Positions 1 to 11,374 of a stretch of DNA of 64,000 nucleotides are shown here, piece by piece. A program made the translations under genes and the position numbers. The DNA is from an uncultured Chloroflexia bacterium (GTDB taxonomy: Bacteria > Chloroflexota > Limnocylindria > Limnocylindrales > CSP1-4), in contig CAWHYQ010000002.1 in the NCBI GenBank assembly GCA_963833705.1, forward strand, positions 398,266 through 462,265, read 5' to 3'. Position 1 is the first letter of the stretch; every line of letters starts with the position of its first letter. The notes under the pieces are model-generated. The model had not been told where the DNA came from. It saw only the letters and a program-made list of their open reading frames with translations, and ran no database searches.

Positions 1-994
1 ATTGTCCGTTGAGCCATTCGAGACGCTCGCGGTCGAACACGGCCCCGCCCTTGTGGACGTCACCGATCTCGAACCGCTCGACGATCTCGCCGATTGACAG
101 GACTTCCTCTTCCGTCCCAGTCGCCCAGCCGAGGAGCGCCAGGTAGTTGACGAGGGCCTCGCGGATGAACCCCTCGGCGATGTAGTCGCCGACCGCGGTC
201 TGGCTCTTTCGCTTGCTCATCTTGGTCCGGTCCGGGTTGAGGATGAGCGGCAGGTGGGCGAAGGCGGGCTCCGGATGACCGAGCGCCCGGAACAGGAGGA
301 TGTGCTTCGGCGTGTTCGACAGGTGGTCCTCGCCGCGGATCACGTGACTGATCTCCATCGCCGCGTCGTCGACGACGACCGTGAAGTGGTAGAGCGGCGT
401 CCCGTCGCCGCGGACGATCACGAAGTCGCCACCGAGGTTCGCCACATCGATCTCGACATGGCCGCGGACGATGTCGTCGAAGGCCACCACGCCGGTCCCG
501 ACCCGGAAGCGCAGCGCGGCCGGCCGGCCCTCGGCCTCTCGCGCGGCCCGCTCGTCGGCGGTCAGCGCGGCGCACCGGCCCACGTACTTCGGGGGGAGCC
601 TGGCCGCCTCCTGGGCCTTGCGATCGGCGTCGAGCTCCTCGGGCGTGCAGTAGCACGGGTAGGCCATGTCGGCGGCCTTGAGGCGGTCGGCGGCCGCGGC
701 ATACAGCGGCAGGCGCAGCATCTGTCGATAGGGGGCATACGGGCCGCGCGCCGCCTCGCCGGCCACCTCGGGACCCTCATCCCAGCCGAGTCCCAGCCAG
801 TGCAGCCCGTCGAGGATGTCCTTTTCGTACGCGATGGAACTCCGCGCCTGGTCGGTGTCCTCCAGGCGCAGGATGAACGTGCCAGCCGTGTGCCGGGCAT
901 ACAGGAAGTTGAACAGCGCGGTCCGGGCGGTCCCGATATGGAGAGGACCGGTGGGACTCGGGGCGATCCGGACGCGCGGCGCCGCGTCGCTCAC
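1..994 (-). CDS. gltX: glutamate--tRNA ligase (C-terminal end lies outside the window)
   Basis: The minus frame is open from the window edge to a GTG at 994. It is absent from the ORF track because it has no stop inside the window. The translation starts VSDAAPRVRIAPSPTGPLHIGTARTALFNFLYARH (class-I HIGH region) and contains TKMSKRKS (KMSKS loop) near nt 205-225. The GTG overlaps the upstream stop (GTGA). Confidence 0.9.
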   Translation of the reverse strand, partial: MSDAAPRVRIAPSPTGPLHIGTARTALFNFLYARHTAGTFILRLEDTDQARSSIAYEKDILDGLHWLGLGWDEGPEVAGEAARGPYAPYRQMLRLPLYAAAADRLKAADMAYPCYCTPEELDADRKAQEAARLPPKYVGRCAALTADERAAREAEGRPAALRFRVGTGVVAFDDIVRGHVEIDVANLGGDFVIVRGDGTPLYHFTVVVDDAAMEISHVIRGEDHLSNTPKHILLFRALGHPEPAFAHLPLILNPDRTKMSKRKSQTAVGDYIAEGFIREALVNYLALLGWATGTEEEVLSIGEIVERFEIGDVHKGGAVFDRERLEWLNGQ

Positions 995-1719
995 TGCTTC
1001 GGGACGACGTGGAACAGCGCGGGGTCGGCGTCGCCCGGCAGGACGCGGACGAGCGCCGCCGGCCGGAGGCCCAGGGTCGCGCGACCGCGCGGGCCATCGA
1101 GCGTCATGGAGTCGAGCGATTCGCTCCTCGCCAGGATCGTGATATGGGCACCCGGCGTCAGCGCTCGAGCCTCGAGGTAGGAGAGCAGGCCGGCGTCCTC
1201 TTCGGCCTCCTCCGTGATCCGGTAGATCGTCGCCGGCTGCCCGGCGTCCATCTCGCTCAGGCGGACGCCTGCGGGTCGGCGACGGGCGGTCTCGGCATCG
1301 ATCGGATTGCCGTGGGGGCATGTCTCCGGGTGCCCCAGCATCTCGTCCAGCCGGGCCTCGACGCGCGGCGAGATGGCGCCCTGCAGCCGCATCGCCTCGT
1401 CATCCGATTCGGCCCAGCCGAGCCCGACGACCGACGTCAGGAGCCACTCGAGGAGCGCATGACGACGGAAGATCGCATCGGCCGCCGCCCGCCCGGCGGG
1501 GGTCAGGTGCAGGTCGCGACCCCCGGCGTGGGCCACCAGACCGTCGGCCACCAGTCGCCGGAACATCTCGCTGGCCGCCTGGGTGGTGACGCCGAGGTGG
1601 CGGGCGATGCCCGCGGCGCTGACACGCCCACCGTCGTCGGCGCCGGCCGCCACGCGGAGCGCGAGGAGGTACTCCTGGGCGGCTTCGGACAGTTCGCGCT
1701 GGTCGTGTCGTCGGGGCAT
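991..1719 (-). CDS. DtxR/IdeR/MntR-family metal-dependent transcriptional regulator
   Basis: This is the inner part of ORF 991..2010, starting at ATG 1719 (MPRRHDQRELSEAAQEYLL). It has an HTH region, the metal-site style motif MLGHPETCPHGNPI and a C-terminal FeoA/SH3-like domain (ATIYRITEEAEEDAGLLSYLEARAL). The upstream 97 codons of the track ORF are Arg/Ser/Pro-rich junk. Confidence 0.85.
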   Translation of the reverse strand: MPRRHDQRELSEAAQEYLLALRVAAGADDGGRVSAAGIARHLGVTTQAASEMFRRLVADGLVAHAGGRDLHLTPAGRAAADAIFRRHALLEWLLTSVVGLGWAESDDEAMRLQGAISPRVEARLDEMLGHPETCPHGNPIDAETARRRPAGVRLSEMDAGQPATIYRITEEAEEDAGLLSYLEARALTPGAHITILARSESLDSMTLDGPRGRATLGLRPAALVRVLPGDADPALFHVVPKQ

Positions 1720-1723
1720 GGCC

Positions 1724-3169
1724 TCAGGATACGGGACGCGTCGGCGGCCCGACGGGGCGCACCCGGCGGACGATCGCGAAGGCCAGACCCGCGAACCATG
1801 CGAGCAGCAGCAGACCTCCGAGAGCGAACCGCCTCGAGTCGCTGTCGGCGGCCCCCCCGCTCGCGGACAGGATGAGCGCGGCGGCGACCGCCGTCGACAG
1901 GAGCGCGATGGCAGCCATGGCGGTCGTGGCGGCGAGGATCGGGAGCGCGAGCAGGAGCGCGAACAGGGCGACCTGCACCAACAGGACCAGCGGATCGATG
2001 CTGGCGTCACAGGTCGCGGCGAACCGGCCGCAACCCGTCAGCTCCCCCACCAGCCAGCTGAACCCGAAGGCGATGGGTAGCCAGCCGATGACGGCGCGCA
2101 CGATCCGGCCGCGCGGACCACCCGACCGCTCGTCGACCAGGGCACGAAGGAAGTCGGACGCGGCACGCCCGAGATCGGGCGGAGACGCGTCGTACGCGAT
2201 CGCGCCCGCGGCGGCGCGGAATCCCTGCCGTCGGTCGCCCGGCGCCTGCTGGGAGGTGGGTGGGACGGAGCCCGCGCCGGCCGTCGATTCCCACCAGGAG
2301 CTGGTGGTGTGCTCGGGCGCGGGGGGTGTCTCGCCCCTTGCCGACGGGTCCGCGTTGCCGGCTCCGGGCGTCGCGCCGGGGTCGGTCCCGCCAGTCGTCG
2401 CCTCGGGGTCAGCAGTCGAACCCACCCCGGATCCGCGGGCAGCCGCGGCTCGACGGGCGCGCGCCTGGTATTCCGGACCGTGCTTGCGAGGGTCGGCGTA
2501 TTCCTTTGGGTTGAGTGTCCAATAGGTGCCGCTGGTCGTCCCGTACCAACTGGCGCCACCCCAATCGGGCTCGAAGGGCCCGGCGTCCGCGCCGTCGTAC
2601 GAGGTCGAACCGAGCGTGGCCTTGCCCGGCGGGCCATCCGATCGCCCGGAGGCGGCGCCGTCGGACGCCCCCGACGCCCCAGCACCGGGATCGCTCGACC
2701 GGCGACGTCCACCCGTGCCTCGTTCCGACCGCCGTCCGCCATCCGTCCGTGGCGCTCCCGACGGACCGGCCTTCGATCCCGGCTTGCCAGAGGTCCCGGT
2801 CGTTCCGGACGAGGCCCGCCCACCGGCATCGCCCGTTCCTCCGCCGGCACCGCCCGTTCCCGCGCCGGCTCCCGAGGTCGGCCCGCGGGTTCGGCCGCCG
2901 TACGCTCGACGCGTGGCCTCGCTTCGCTCGGTATCGGCCTCCCACGGCCGACGCGGGGCCGACGCCGCTCCCCGCCCACGTGGTGCGACCCAGCCACCGG
3001 CCAGCTGTTCGTAGGCCGCCTGGATGGCAAGGAACCGCGGTAGTGCGCCCTCCCCGGCGGCGTCGGGATGATTGACCTTGGCCAGTCGGCGATAGGCGCG
3101 CTTGACCTCGTCGAGCGTGGCTCCACGCGACAGCCCGAGCGTCCGATACGGGTCCGGGTCGAGCGTCAT
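1724..3169 (-). CDS. J-domain (DnaJ-like) membrane protein with a long low-complexity linker
   Basis: ORF 1724..3169. The N-terminus is YRTLGLSRGATLDEVKRAYRRLAKVNHPD (J domain with HPD). About 250 aa of G/A/S/T/P-rich sequence follow, then a C-terminal hydrophobic segment with 3-4 predicted TM helices. Confidence 0.8.
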   Translation of the reverse strand: MTLDPDPYRTLGLSRGATLDEVKRAYRRLAKVNHPDAAGEGALPRFLAIQAAYEQLAGGWVAPRGRGAASAPRRPWEADTERSEATRRAYGGRTRGPTSGAGAGTGGAGGGTGDAGGRASSGTTGTSGKPGSKAGPSGAPRTDGGRRSERGTGGRRRSSDPGAGASGASDGAASGRSDGPPGKATLGSTSYDGADAGPFEPDWGGASWYGTTSGTYWTLNPKEYADPRKHGPEYQARARRAAAARGSGVGSTADPEATTGGTDPGATPGAGNADPSARGETPPAPEHTTSSWWESTAGAGSVPPTSQQAPGDRRQGFRAAAGAIAYDASPPDLGRAASDFLRALVDERSGGPRGRIVRAVIGWLPIAFGFSWLVGELTGCGRFAATCDASIDPLVLLVQVALFALLLALPILAATTAMAAIALLSTAVAAALILSASGGAADSDSRRFALGGLLLLAWFAGLAFAIVRRVRPVGPPTRPVS

Positions 3170-3222
3170 GTCATCGTCGGGTCGCTCTGGGCGTGTCGGT
3201 CTGGCCGGTGCCGGCCGGACGC

Positions 3223-4362
3223 TCAGCCGATGAGCTCGCCCACCGGTGCGAGTTCGAACTCAGGGACCGCCTCGGCGCCGACACGCCCGTGCGGATCGAG
3301 GATGACCGGCCGGTGGTAGCGGGCGAGGTCGCGCATGGCGCCGCCATCGAGGACGCCCGCCTGGCGCAGCGCCTCCACCGACGCCGCCCACGTCCCGCGG
3401 TCGTAGCCGTCGCCGTCCTCGATCTTGACCGCCATCCCCGACGGCCCGTCCTCGTGGGTGCCGCTCCGCGGTCCGGACAGGATCGCGACGCCGCGGAGAG
3501 CCTCCATGCCGGCCTTGCTGACGAGGCGGCCAGGCGCGGCCTTCATCAGGGAGGTGTCGAGTCGGTCGTGCCGTCCGCCGACCATCTCGGGGTTGGCCAG
3601 CATCGCGTCGCGGATCGCGAGGAGCGAAGGGGCGAATTCGGATCGTGCGTCGCCCGCCGGGATGGCCTCGGGATCGGCCAGCATCGCGTAGGCCCGTGCG
3701 ACCTCACGCAGCTTGAAGGCGTACGTCTCGACCCCACACCCGTCGATCGCCGTCTTGAGCTTGGCCGGCGTCGTGCCATACGCCCGGGCGACGGCCGCTC
3801 GATACGCGATCTGCGATGGATGGCTGGGCTTCCAGTAGTCGACCGGGTCCCAGCCGCGCAGGCGCGACAGCAGGAGCGACACGGTGTGCTGGCCGGAGCA
3901 CATGTGTCGGACCGGGCCGGCCTTCTCGCCATCGCGCGCAAGCCGGGCGGCGGTCAGGGCATCGAGCGGCATCCCCTCGGCGCCGCAGGCGAGGAGGGCC
4001 TGGCTCACGCCCGCCCGCCGATACAGGCCCTGGAGCGTCCGAACGTGGAGATCCTCGCCCGAGTGCGAACTGGCCATGATCGCGATCTCGGCGGGCTCCA
4101 GGTCGAACGCCGCGATGCCCCCGGCTTCGATGAGCGCGAGCGCCCCGAAGGGCTTGACCGTCGAGCGGAGCGTGACGACGCGATCGGGGTCCCCGAGCTG
4201 GCGGATGATCCGGCCCGCGGCGTCGGCCTCGACGATGTCCCCGCGATGGACGCTCTCCTCGATCCCGTTGCGCATCTGGCGGACGAGGATCGGCGGCGCT
4301 CCCCGACCTCGCGCCGCAGGGCGTGCCGCGCGCGAGACGCTGGGTACGGCCTGGGTCGTCAC
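3223..4362 (-). CDS. asparaginase-II family protein (PF06089-like)
   Basis: This is the inner part of ORF 3223..4596. [45 protein letters not shown]...[11 protein letters not shown] resembles Rhizobium-type L-asparaginase II from memory. The start is assigned to the in-frame GTG at 4362, but a later ATG is possible. Confidence 0.7.
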   Translation of the reverse strand: MTTQAVPSVSRAARPAARGRGAPPILVRQMRNGIEESVHRGDIVEADAAGRIIRQLGDPDRVVTLRSTVKPFGALALIEAGGIAAFDLEPAEIAIMASSHSGEDLHVRTLQGLYRRAGVSQALLACGAEGMPLDALTAARLARDGEKAGPVRHMCSGQHTVSLLLSRLRGWDPVDYWKPSHPSQIAYRAAVARAYGTTPAKLKTAIDGCGVETYAFKLREVARAYAMLADPEAIPAGDARSEFAPSLLAIRDAMLANPEMVGGRHDRLDTSLMKAAPGRLVSKAGMEALRGVAILSGPRSGTHEDGPSGMAVKIEDGDGYDRGTWAASVEALRQAGVLDGGAMRDLARYHRPVILDPHGRVGAEAVPEFELAPVGELIG

Positions 4363-4478
4363 GACGGTGGCTCTCCGGATCGACGCGGGTTGCGAACCTT
4401 GGAGCGCGAGGATACCGCGGCGATTGCTACGATGGGTGCCCTGAGGTCCACATCGTCGTCCGGAGGCCCAGCGGTCGC

Positions 4479-5129
4479 ATGACAGCCCCGACGCTCCACG
4501 TCTCGCAGCACCCTGCCGTCCTGCACAAACTCGCCATCTTGCGCGACGAGAAGACCGAGCCGAAGAAGTTTCGCGAGGTCGTTCGCGAGCTGTCATGGCT
4601 GCTCGGGTACGAGGCGCTGGCGGACGTCCGCGTGCGACCGCTCGACATCAGGACGCCGCTCGAGCCGATGGTCGCGGCCGAGCTCGGCGAACGGATCGGG
4701 CTCGTCCCGATCCTGCGGGCCGGTCTCGGGATGGTCGATGCGATGCTCGAACTGATGCCGACCGCGCAGGTCTGGCACCTCGGATTGTTCCGCGACGAGC
4801 GTACCCTTCGGCCGGTCGAGTACTACAACAAGCTCCCCGACTCGGCGACGGTGGACCTGTGCCTGATCCTGGACCCGATGCTCGCGACCGGTGGCTCGGC
4901 CACCGCGGCCATCGAGGTGCTCAAGAAATGGGGTGCCGTCCAACCGGTTCGGATCAAGCTGGTCAACCTCATCGCCGCGCCCGAGGGCGTGGCGGCGGTC
5001 ACCGCGGCCCACCCCGACGTCGAGATCTACTGCGCGGCGCTCGACCGTTCGCTCAACGACAAGGGCTACATCCAGCCCGGCCTCGGCGACGCGGGCGACC
5101 GCCAGTTCGGGACCGGCAAGTCGGACTAG
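4479..5129 (+). CDS. upp: uracil phosphoribosyltransferase
   Basis: ATG at 4479 inside ORF 4323..5129. [42 protein letters not shown] and [16 protein letters not shown] are canonical Upp motifs. Confidence 0.9.
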   Translation: MTAPTLHVSQHPAVLHKLAILRDEKTEPKKFREVVRELSWLLGYEALADVRVRPLDIRTPLEPMVAAELGERIGLVPILRAGLGMVDAMLELMPTAQVWHLGLFRDERTLRPVEYYNKLPDSATVDLCLILDPMLATGGSATAAIEVLKKWGAVQPVRIKLVNLIAAPEGVAAVTAAHPDVEIYCAALDRSLNDKGYIQPGLGDAGDRQFGTGKSD

Positions 5130-5217
5130 CCGCCCGGCGAGATGGTAGTGAAACCACGAGTGTTCGCACGGATGCTGAATCGAGGTTTCGCACCACTCCC
5201 ACTGGGCCTCAGGTTCG

Positions 5218-6492
5218 TCAGCCCTCGACGGCGTACTCATCCGAGATCGTGCGGATCCGGGGCAACGGCGAGAACACCAGGAATAGGATCGACACGGCCA
5301 TCCCGGCCCAGCCGACAGCGATCCCGCCACGGACGCCGATCACCCCCGCCACGCCGGCCGCCACGAGCGCACCGATCGGATACGCGATCCCGTGCGACAA
5401 CACACCGAAGGTGGCGTTCACCCGGCCGAGGACGCGGTCCGGGCTGAGCCCCTGGATCAGTGACAGCTCGGCGACACCCTCGATCGTCTGCAGGCCATCA
5501 CCGAACAGCTGCGGGATGAACACCATCACCGTCGCCAACAGGAGCGGTCCCTGCGCCAGGGGCGTCAGGATGCCGAGCGCCGAGGCACCGATCGCCGTCC
5601 AGATCATCGCCGGGCCGATCCCCAGCCTGCGGATGACTCGCGAGGCGAAGAGCGAGCCGACCAGCGACCCGACCCCGCCGGCCGAGACCACGACGCCGAG
5701 CAGGAACGGCGACAGATGCAGGTCATTGATCAGATAGATCGTGTACAGGACCCCATAGAACGACCCGGCGACGTGGGCGACCACCGATCGCATCGCCATC
5801 GGAAGCAGGACTCGGTGGTGCCGCACCAGCCGAAGGCCCTCGACGATCTCCTCGCGAATCGCCGTCGTGGTCGTCCTCGCCGGCCGCGGCGGCTCCGGCG
5901 TCCGGATGAGAACCAGCGACACCGCCGATATGGCGAACGACACCGCATCGACGAGGATCGCGAACGGGGCGCTCACCAGCTGGACCAGCGCTCCGGCCAG
6001 CCCTGGGCCGCCGATCTCGGCTAGCGACGAGCTCGTCGCGAGCTTGCTGTTGCCGTCGACGACGCGATCGACCCCGATCAGCGACGGGACGTAGGCTGGA
6101 TAGGCAGCGTCGAAGAGCGCGCCCAGGCACCCCTCGACGAACGTCACGAGGTAAAGCTGCTCCATGCGCAGGGCACCGGCCGCGTAGGCGATCGGGATCG
6201 ACAACAGGAGCAGCGACCGGACCGCGTCCGTGCCGATCAGGAGCGGCCTGCGCCGAAGCCGGTCGACCCAAGCCCCCGCGAACAACCCGACGAGCAGGAT
6301 CGCCAGGCTGCCGGCGACCACCAGAAGCGCCATCTCCGTCGGACCCGCGCCGAGGACGAGCAATGCCACGAGCGGGATCGCCGTTCGGGTCACGACGGAG
6401 CCCAGCTCGGAGATGGTCTGACCCGTCCACAGTTTCAGGAAATCGGCGTGCCGCCAGAGTGACAGTGCTGTCACGTCGCCGCGATGTGCCAC
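5218..6492 (-). CDS. MFS transporter (EntS/MFS_3-like)
   Basis: ORF 5218..6615 has about 12 hydrophobic segments. The LWRHADFLKLWTGQTISELG N-terminus is typical of this MFS subgroup. The start is placed at GTG 6492. Confidence 0.8.
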   Translation of the reverse strand: MAHRGDVTALSLWRHADFLKLWTGQTISELGSVVTRTAIPLVALLVLGAGPTEMALLVVAGSLAILLVGLFAGAWVDRLRRRPLLIGTDAVRSLLLLSIPIAYAAGALRMEQLYLVTFVEGCLGALFDAAYPAYVPSLIGVDRVVDGNSKLATSSSLAEIGGPGLAGALVQLVSAPFAILVDAVSFAISAVSLVLIRTPEPPRPARTTTTAIREEIVEGLRLVRHHRVLLPMAMRSVVAHVAGSFYGVLYTIYLINDLHLSPFLLGVVVSAGGVGSLVGSLFASRVIRRLGIGPAMIWTAIGASALGILTPLAQGPLLLATVMVFIPQLFGDGLQTIEGVAELSLIQGLSPDRVLGRVNATFGVLSHGIAYPIGALVAAGVAGVIGVRGGIAVGWAGMAVSILFLVFSPLPRIRTISDEYAVEG

Positions 6493-6779
6493 GGGTCCTA
6501 GCCTAGCTCGGGCGCGCCGCTCGAATTCAGTCCAAGAGACTCTGGATCGCATTGCAATCCGTCGCGAGCGTCCCATTCCGGGACTCCCGGTTCGCAGGGC
6601 GTCCGTGCGCCGCAACGACTACGATCCGACCGTTCGTTCGGGAATGAGGCGAAACGATGCTCAGCTTGGAACCGGCGTCCGATCCGTTCGTTCTCGCAGA
6701 CGTGCGAACGTCGCCTCGGCGAACGTCCTGACCGTCACTACCAGGCACCCGGCGTGGATCGCCCCTCGCGCGACCTCGA

Positions 6780-7502
6780 TCACCGCGTCCCTGTGATGAG
6801 CCGCTCCCGGACGAACATCGGAGCCACGATCCGCCAGCCGAGCACGTCTGCCACGAGCAGGATCGCAGTGAGACCGACCGCGACTGCCGGCGTCGGGCGG
6901 ATCGCGCCGAAGGCGATGAGGGAGGTCAGGAGGACCACCGGGAGATCGGCCAGGAGGCTGAGCTGCTGCGCGACGCGGACGTCGCTCGATCGTGTGGAGA
7001 TCGCGATCCCGACCCAGATGGACCAGGCGGCGAGCAATGGCGTGAGCAGTATCTGGGCGACGATGTCCGGGACCTGCAAGAGTGCTGAAGCGACGGCGGG
7101 TTGCGCGAACAGGACGACGCAGGCAAGGAAGATCGCGTACACGCCGTAGGCGATCGTCACGGCCGGCACCAGCGCTGCCAGGGCCTTGGCGAGCAGGAAT
7201 TCCTCGCGAGGGATCGGCGTCGTGAGGATCGGCTCCAGGCTCCCCTGCTGCCGCTCCCCGGCCACCGAGTAGGCCGCAAGGACCGCGGGCGCCAGCACCG
7301 GGATGGCCAGCATGTACAGCAGCAGGTGCCATCCCCCGAGCGTCTCCGCCGACGTCTCCGAGGTGAGGAAGACCACGGCCAGCGGCTGGATGAGGAAGAT
7401 GACGGGAAAGATCGCGGTCGCCACGACGACCGATCCGTGTCGCCGGTACTCGCGCATCTCCTTGCGAACGATGGCGCCGATCCGCCGGGAGCTCATCCTC
7501 AT
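6780..7502 (-). CDS. ABC-2 type transporter permease
   Basis: ATG at 7502 (MRMSSRRIGAIVRKEMREYRR) inside ORF 6780..8141. It has six hydrophobic segments and an ATGA overlap with the upstream ATPase gene. Confidence 0.8.
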   Translation of the reverse strand: MRMSSRRIGAIVRKEMREYRRHGSVVVATAIFPVIFLIQPLAVVFLTSETSAETLGGWHLLLYMLAIPVLAPAVLAAYSVAGERQQGSLEPILTTPIPREEFLLAKALAALVPAVTIAYGVYAIFLACVVLFAQPAVASALLQVPDIVAQILLTPLLAAWSIWVGIAISTRSSDVRVAQQLSLLADLPVVLLTSLIAFGAIRPTPAVAVGLTAILLVADVLGWRIVAPMFVRERLITGTR

Positions 7503-8482
7503 CGCAGAGCCGTCTCCCGCTCCTCGTCGATCAGCTCCAAGTAGACATCTTCGAGCGAGTGGCGCGTCTCGGTGATCGAGAGGACGTCTGCGCCCGCGGC
7601 CACGAGTGCCCGGGTCAATTCGGGCGCGGCGACCGTCGGGTCGGACACCGTCAGGACGTAGCCCGCCCCGTCGTCCAGGCGCCAGCCCTGGACCGCCGCG
7701 AGCCCCGCGAGGACGCGGTCGGGTTCCTCGAGTGCGGTCACCGTCCTGACCGTGAGGGTCCGCGCAAAGAGCCGGTCGCGAAGCTCGACGGGCCGGCCGA
7801 TCGAGCGCAGCGCCGTGTTCAGGATCACGACGCGATCGCAGAGTCGCTCCGCCTCCTCCAGGCGGTGCGTCGTCAGGAAGGTCGTCACGCCTCGCTGGCG
7901 GAGGCCGGCGATCAGCTCGTGGACGTCGCGAGTCGCGACCGGGTCGAGGCCGGCGGTCGGCTCGTCGAGGAAGAGCACCTCGGGATCGCTGAGCAGCGCT
8001 CGCGCGAGGGCGGTTCGCTGGCGAAGTCCCTTCGACAGGATGCCGCAGGTGTCGTGCGCCCGGGCCGTCAGGCCCATCGCGAGGAGGGCGGCATCGATGC
8101 GGGCAGGTGCGTCGGTGACTTCGTAGAGGTCGGCGAAGCACTCGAGGTTCTCGAGCACGCTGAGGCGGAGGTAGAGACCGGGTGACTCGGGCATGACGGC
8201 GACACGCCGGCGGATCGCTTCACCGTTCTGCGGCGTGAGGGGAATCCCAGCGATCGTGGCCGATCCGGAGGTCGGAGCGACGAGCGTGCCGAGCATCCGC
8301 ACGGTCGTCGTCTTGCCGGCGCCGTTGGGCCCGAGCAGGCCGAAGACCTCGCCCCGCCCCACGTCGAACGAGACGTCGTCGACGGCGAGTCGGTCGCCGA
8401 AGCGTTTCGAGAGATGTCGGACGGTCACCGCCGGCCCGCCGTCGCCCGCGATGGGCAACGGAGGCATTTCGCGGTCGCTCAT
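7499..8482 (-). CDS. ABC transporter ATP-binding protein
   Basis: ATG at 8482. Walker A is GPNGAGKTT, the signature is LSKGLRQR and Walker B is LFLDEPTAGLD. Confidence 0.9.
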   Translation of the reverse strand: MSDREMPPLPIAGDGGPAVTVRHLSKRFGDRLAVDDVSFDVGRGEVFGLLGPNGAGKTTTVRMLGTLVAPTSGSATIAGIPLTPQNGEAIRRRVAVMPESPGLYLRLSVLENLECFADLYEVTDAPARIDAALLAMGLTARAHDTCGILSKGLRQRTALARALLSDPEVLFLDEPTAGLDPVATRDVHELIAGLRQRGVTTFLTTHRLEEAERLCDRVVILNTALRSIGRPVELRDRLFARTLTVRTVTALEEPDRVLAGLAAVQGWRLDDGAGYVLTVSDPTVAAPELTRALVAAGADVLSITETRHSLEDVYLELIDEERETALR

Positions 8483-8546
8483 CTCGGTCGTAGCGTAGCG
8501 CCGGAACGACGGACGCCCTGCCCGTCGACCTCCGTTCCCTCCTCGA

Positions 8547-10394
<1,848 letters not shown>

Positions 10395-10398
<4 letters not shown>

Positions 10399-10441
10399 CA
10401 GCGCTCCGATCCGGTGTACAGTACCCATAGGTTATATAACC
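10395..10441 (+). promoter_or_regulatory. candidate sigma-70-type promoter (TTGACA-16-TACAGT) followed by the perfect 12-bp palindrome GGTTATATAACC, a likely ArsR operator
   Basis: TTGACA lies at 10395-10400, TACAGT at 10417-10422 and the palindrome at 10430-10441. This AT-rich island in GC-rich DNA sits immediately upstream of the ArsR-family gene. Confidence 0.4.
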
Positions 10442-10449
10442 AAATAGTG

Positions 10450-10815
10450 ATGGACATGCCGCAGCCCGACACCCTCAGCGTCACCTTCGCCGCACTGGCC
10501 GACCCGACCCGTCGGGCGATCCTTGCCCGTCTCGCCCAGGGCGAGGCCTCGGTCAAGGACCTGTCCGAACCGTTCGACATGAGCCAACCCGCCATCTCGA
10601 AGCATCTTCGGGTGCTTGAACGGGCCGGTCTGATCGAGCAGGGCCGGCAGGCGCAGTGGCGACCGCGTCGCCTGCGGGCGGGGCCGCTGCGGGATATCGC
10701 GGAATGGGTGGACCAGTACCGCCGTCATTGGGATGAGAGCTTCGAGCGATTGGACGACTACCTCCGCGAGGTCCAGGGCGAGGAGCACGAGCAAGGGAAG
10801 GAGCAGGAGCGATGA
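10450..10815 (+). CDS. ArsR/SmtB-family transcriptional regulator
   Basis: FAALADPTRRAILARLAQGEASVKDLSEPFDMSQPAISKHLRVLERAGLI is a classical ArsR wHTH. The start is assigned to ATG 10450; the track ORF starts at 10414. Confidence 0.85.
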   Translation: MDMPQPDTLSVTFAALADPTRRAILARLAQGEASVKDLSEPFDMSQPAISKHLRVLERAGLIEQGRQAQWRPRRLRAGPLRDIAEWVDQYRRHWDESFERLDDYLREVQGEEHEQGKEQER

Positions 10816-11309
10816 TCATGGCGATCGAACGATTTCGAAACGACACAACCCTCGTCTTCTCGGAGGCGACCGACCTCGTCTGGGAGCGCACCTTCGATGC
10901 CCCGCGCGATCTCGTCTGGGCCGCCTTCACGGATCCGGACCGGATCCCGCGCTGGTGGGGCCCGCACGGCACGACCGCGACGGTCGTCGAGATGGACGTC
11001 CGGCCGGGTGGCCGCTGGCGGTTCATCAGTCGGGCGCCGGATCGCGACGACGTGCCGTTCATGGGCGAGTACCTCGAGGTCGAAGCGCCCGCCCGCTTCA
11101 AGCAGACCTTCATCGTCGACATCGACGGGATGCGCGAACACGTCGGCGTCGAGACCTACACCTTCGAGGACGTCGGCGGGAAGACCAAGCTCACTTCCCG
11201 GTCGGAGTTCGGGACGATCGAGGCGCTCGAGGGCGCCGTCGCGACCGGCATGATCGCCGGGGGCGTCGAGACCTGGGACCGCTTCGAGGCGATGCTGGCC
11301 GAAGGCTGA
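10812..11309 (+). CDS. SRPBCC/AHSA1-domain protein
   Basis: ORF 10812..11309 overlaps arsR by ATGA. FDAPRDLVWAAFTDPDRIPRWWGP...GGRWRF is typical of the Aha1/START-like family that is commonly paired with ArsR. Confidence 0.85.
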   Translation: MIMAIERFRNDTTLVFSEATDLVWERTFDAPRDLVWAAFTDPDRIPRWWGPHGTTATVVEMDVRPGGRWRFISRAPDRDDVPFMGEYLEVEAPARFKQTFIVDIDGMREHVGVETYTFEDVGGKTKLTSRSEFGTIEALEGAVATGMIAGGVETWDRFEAMLAEG

Positions 11310-11321
11310 TCCATTGGCAGG

Positions 11322-11352
11322 GCCGGGCATCCCGCTCCGTGGGATGCCCGGC
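11322..11352. terminator. GC-rich hairpin between convergent genes (12-bp stem, 7-nt loop)
   Basis: The sequence is GCCGGGCATCCC gctccgt GGGATGCCCGGC, followed by TTCG. It lies between the stops at 11309 (+) and 11375 (-). Confidence 0.5.
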
Positions 11353-11374
11353 TTCGTCGCTCGGGTCGATCCAG

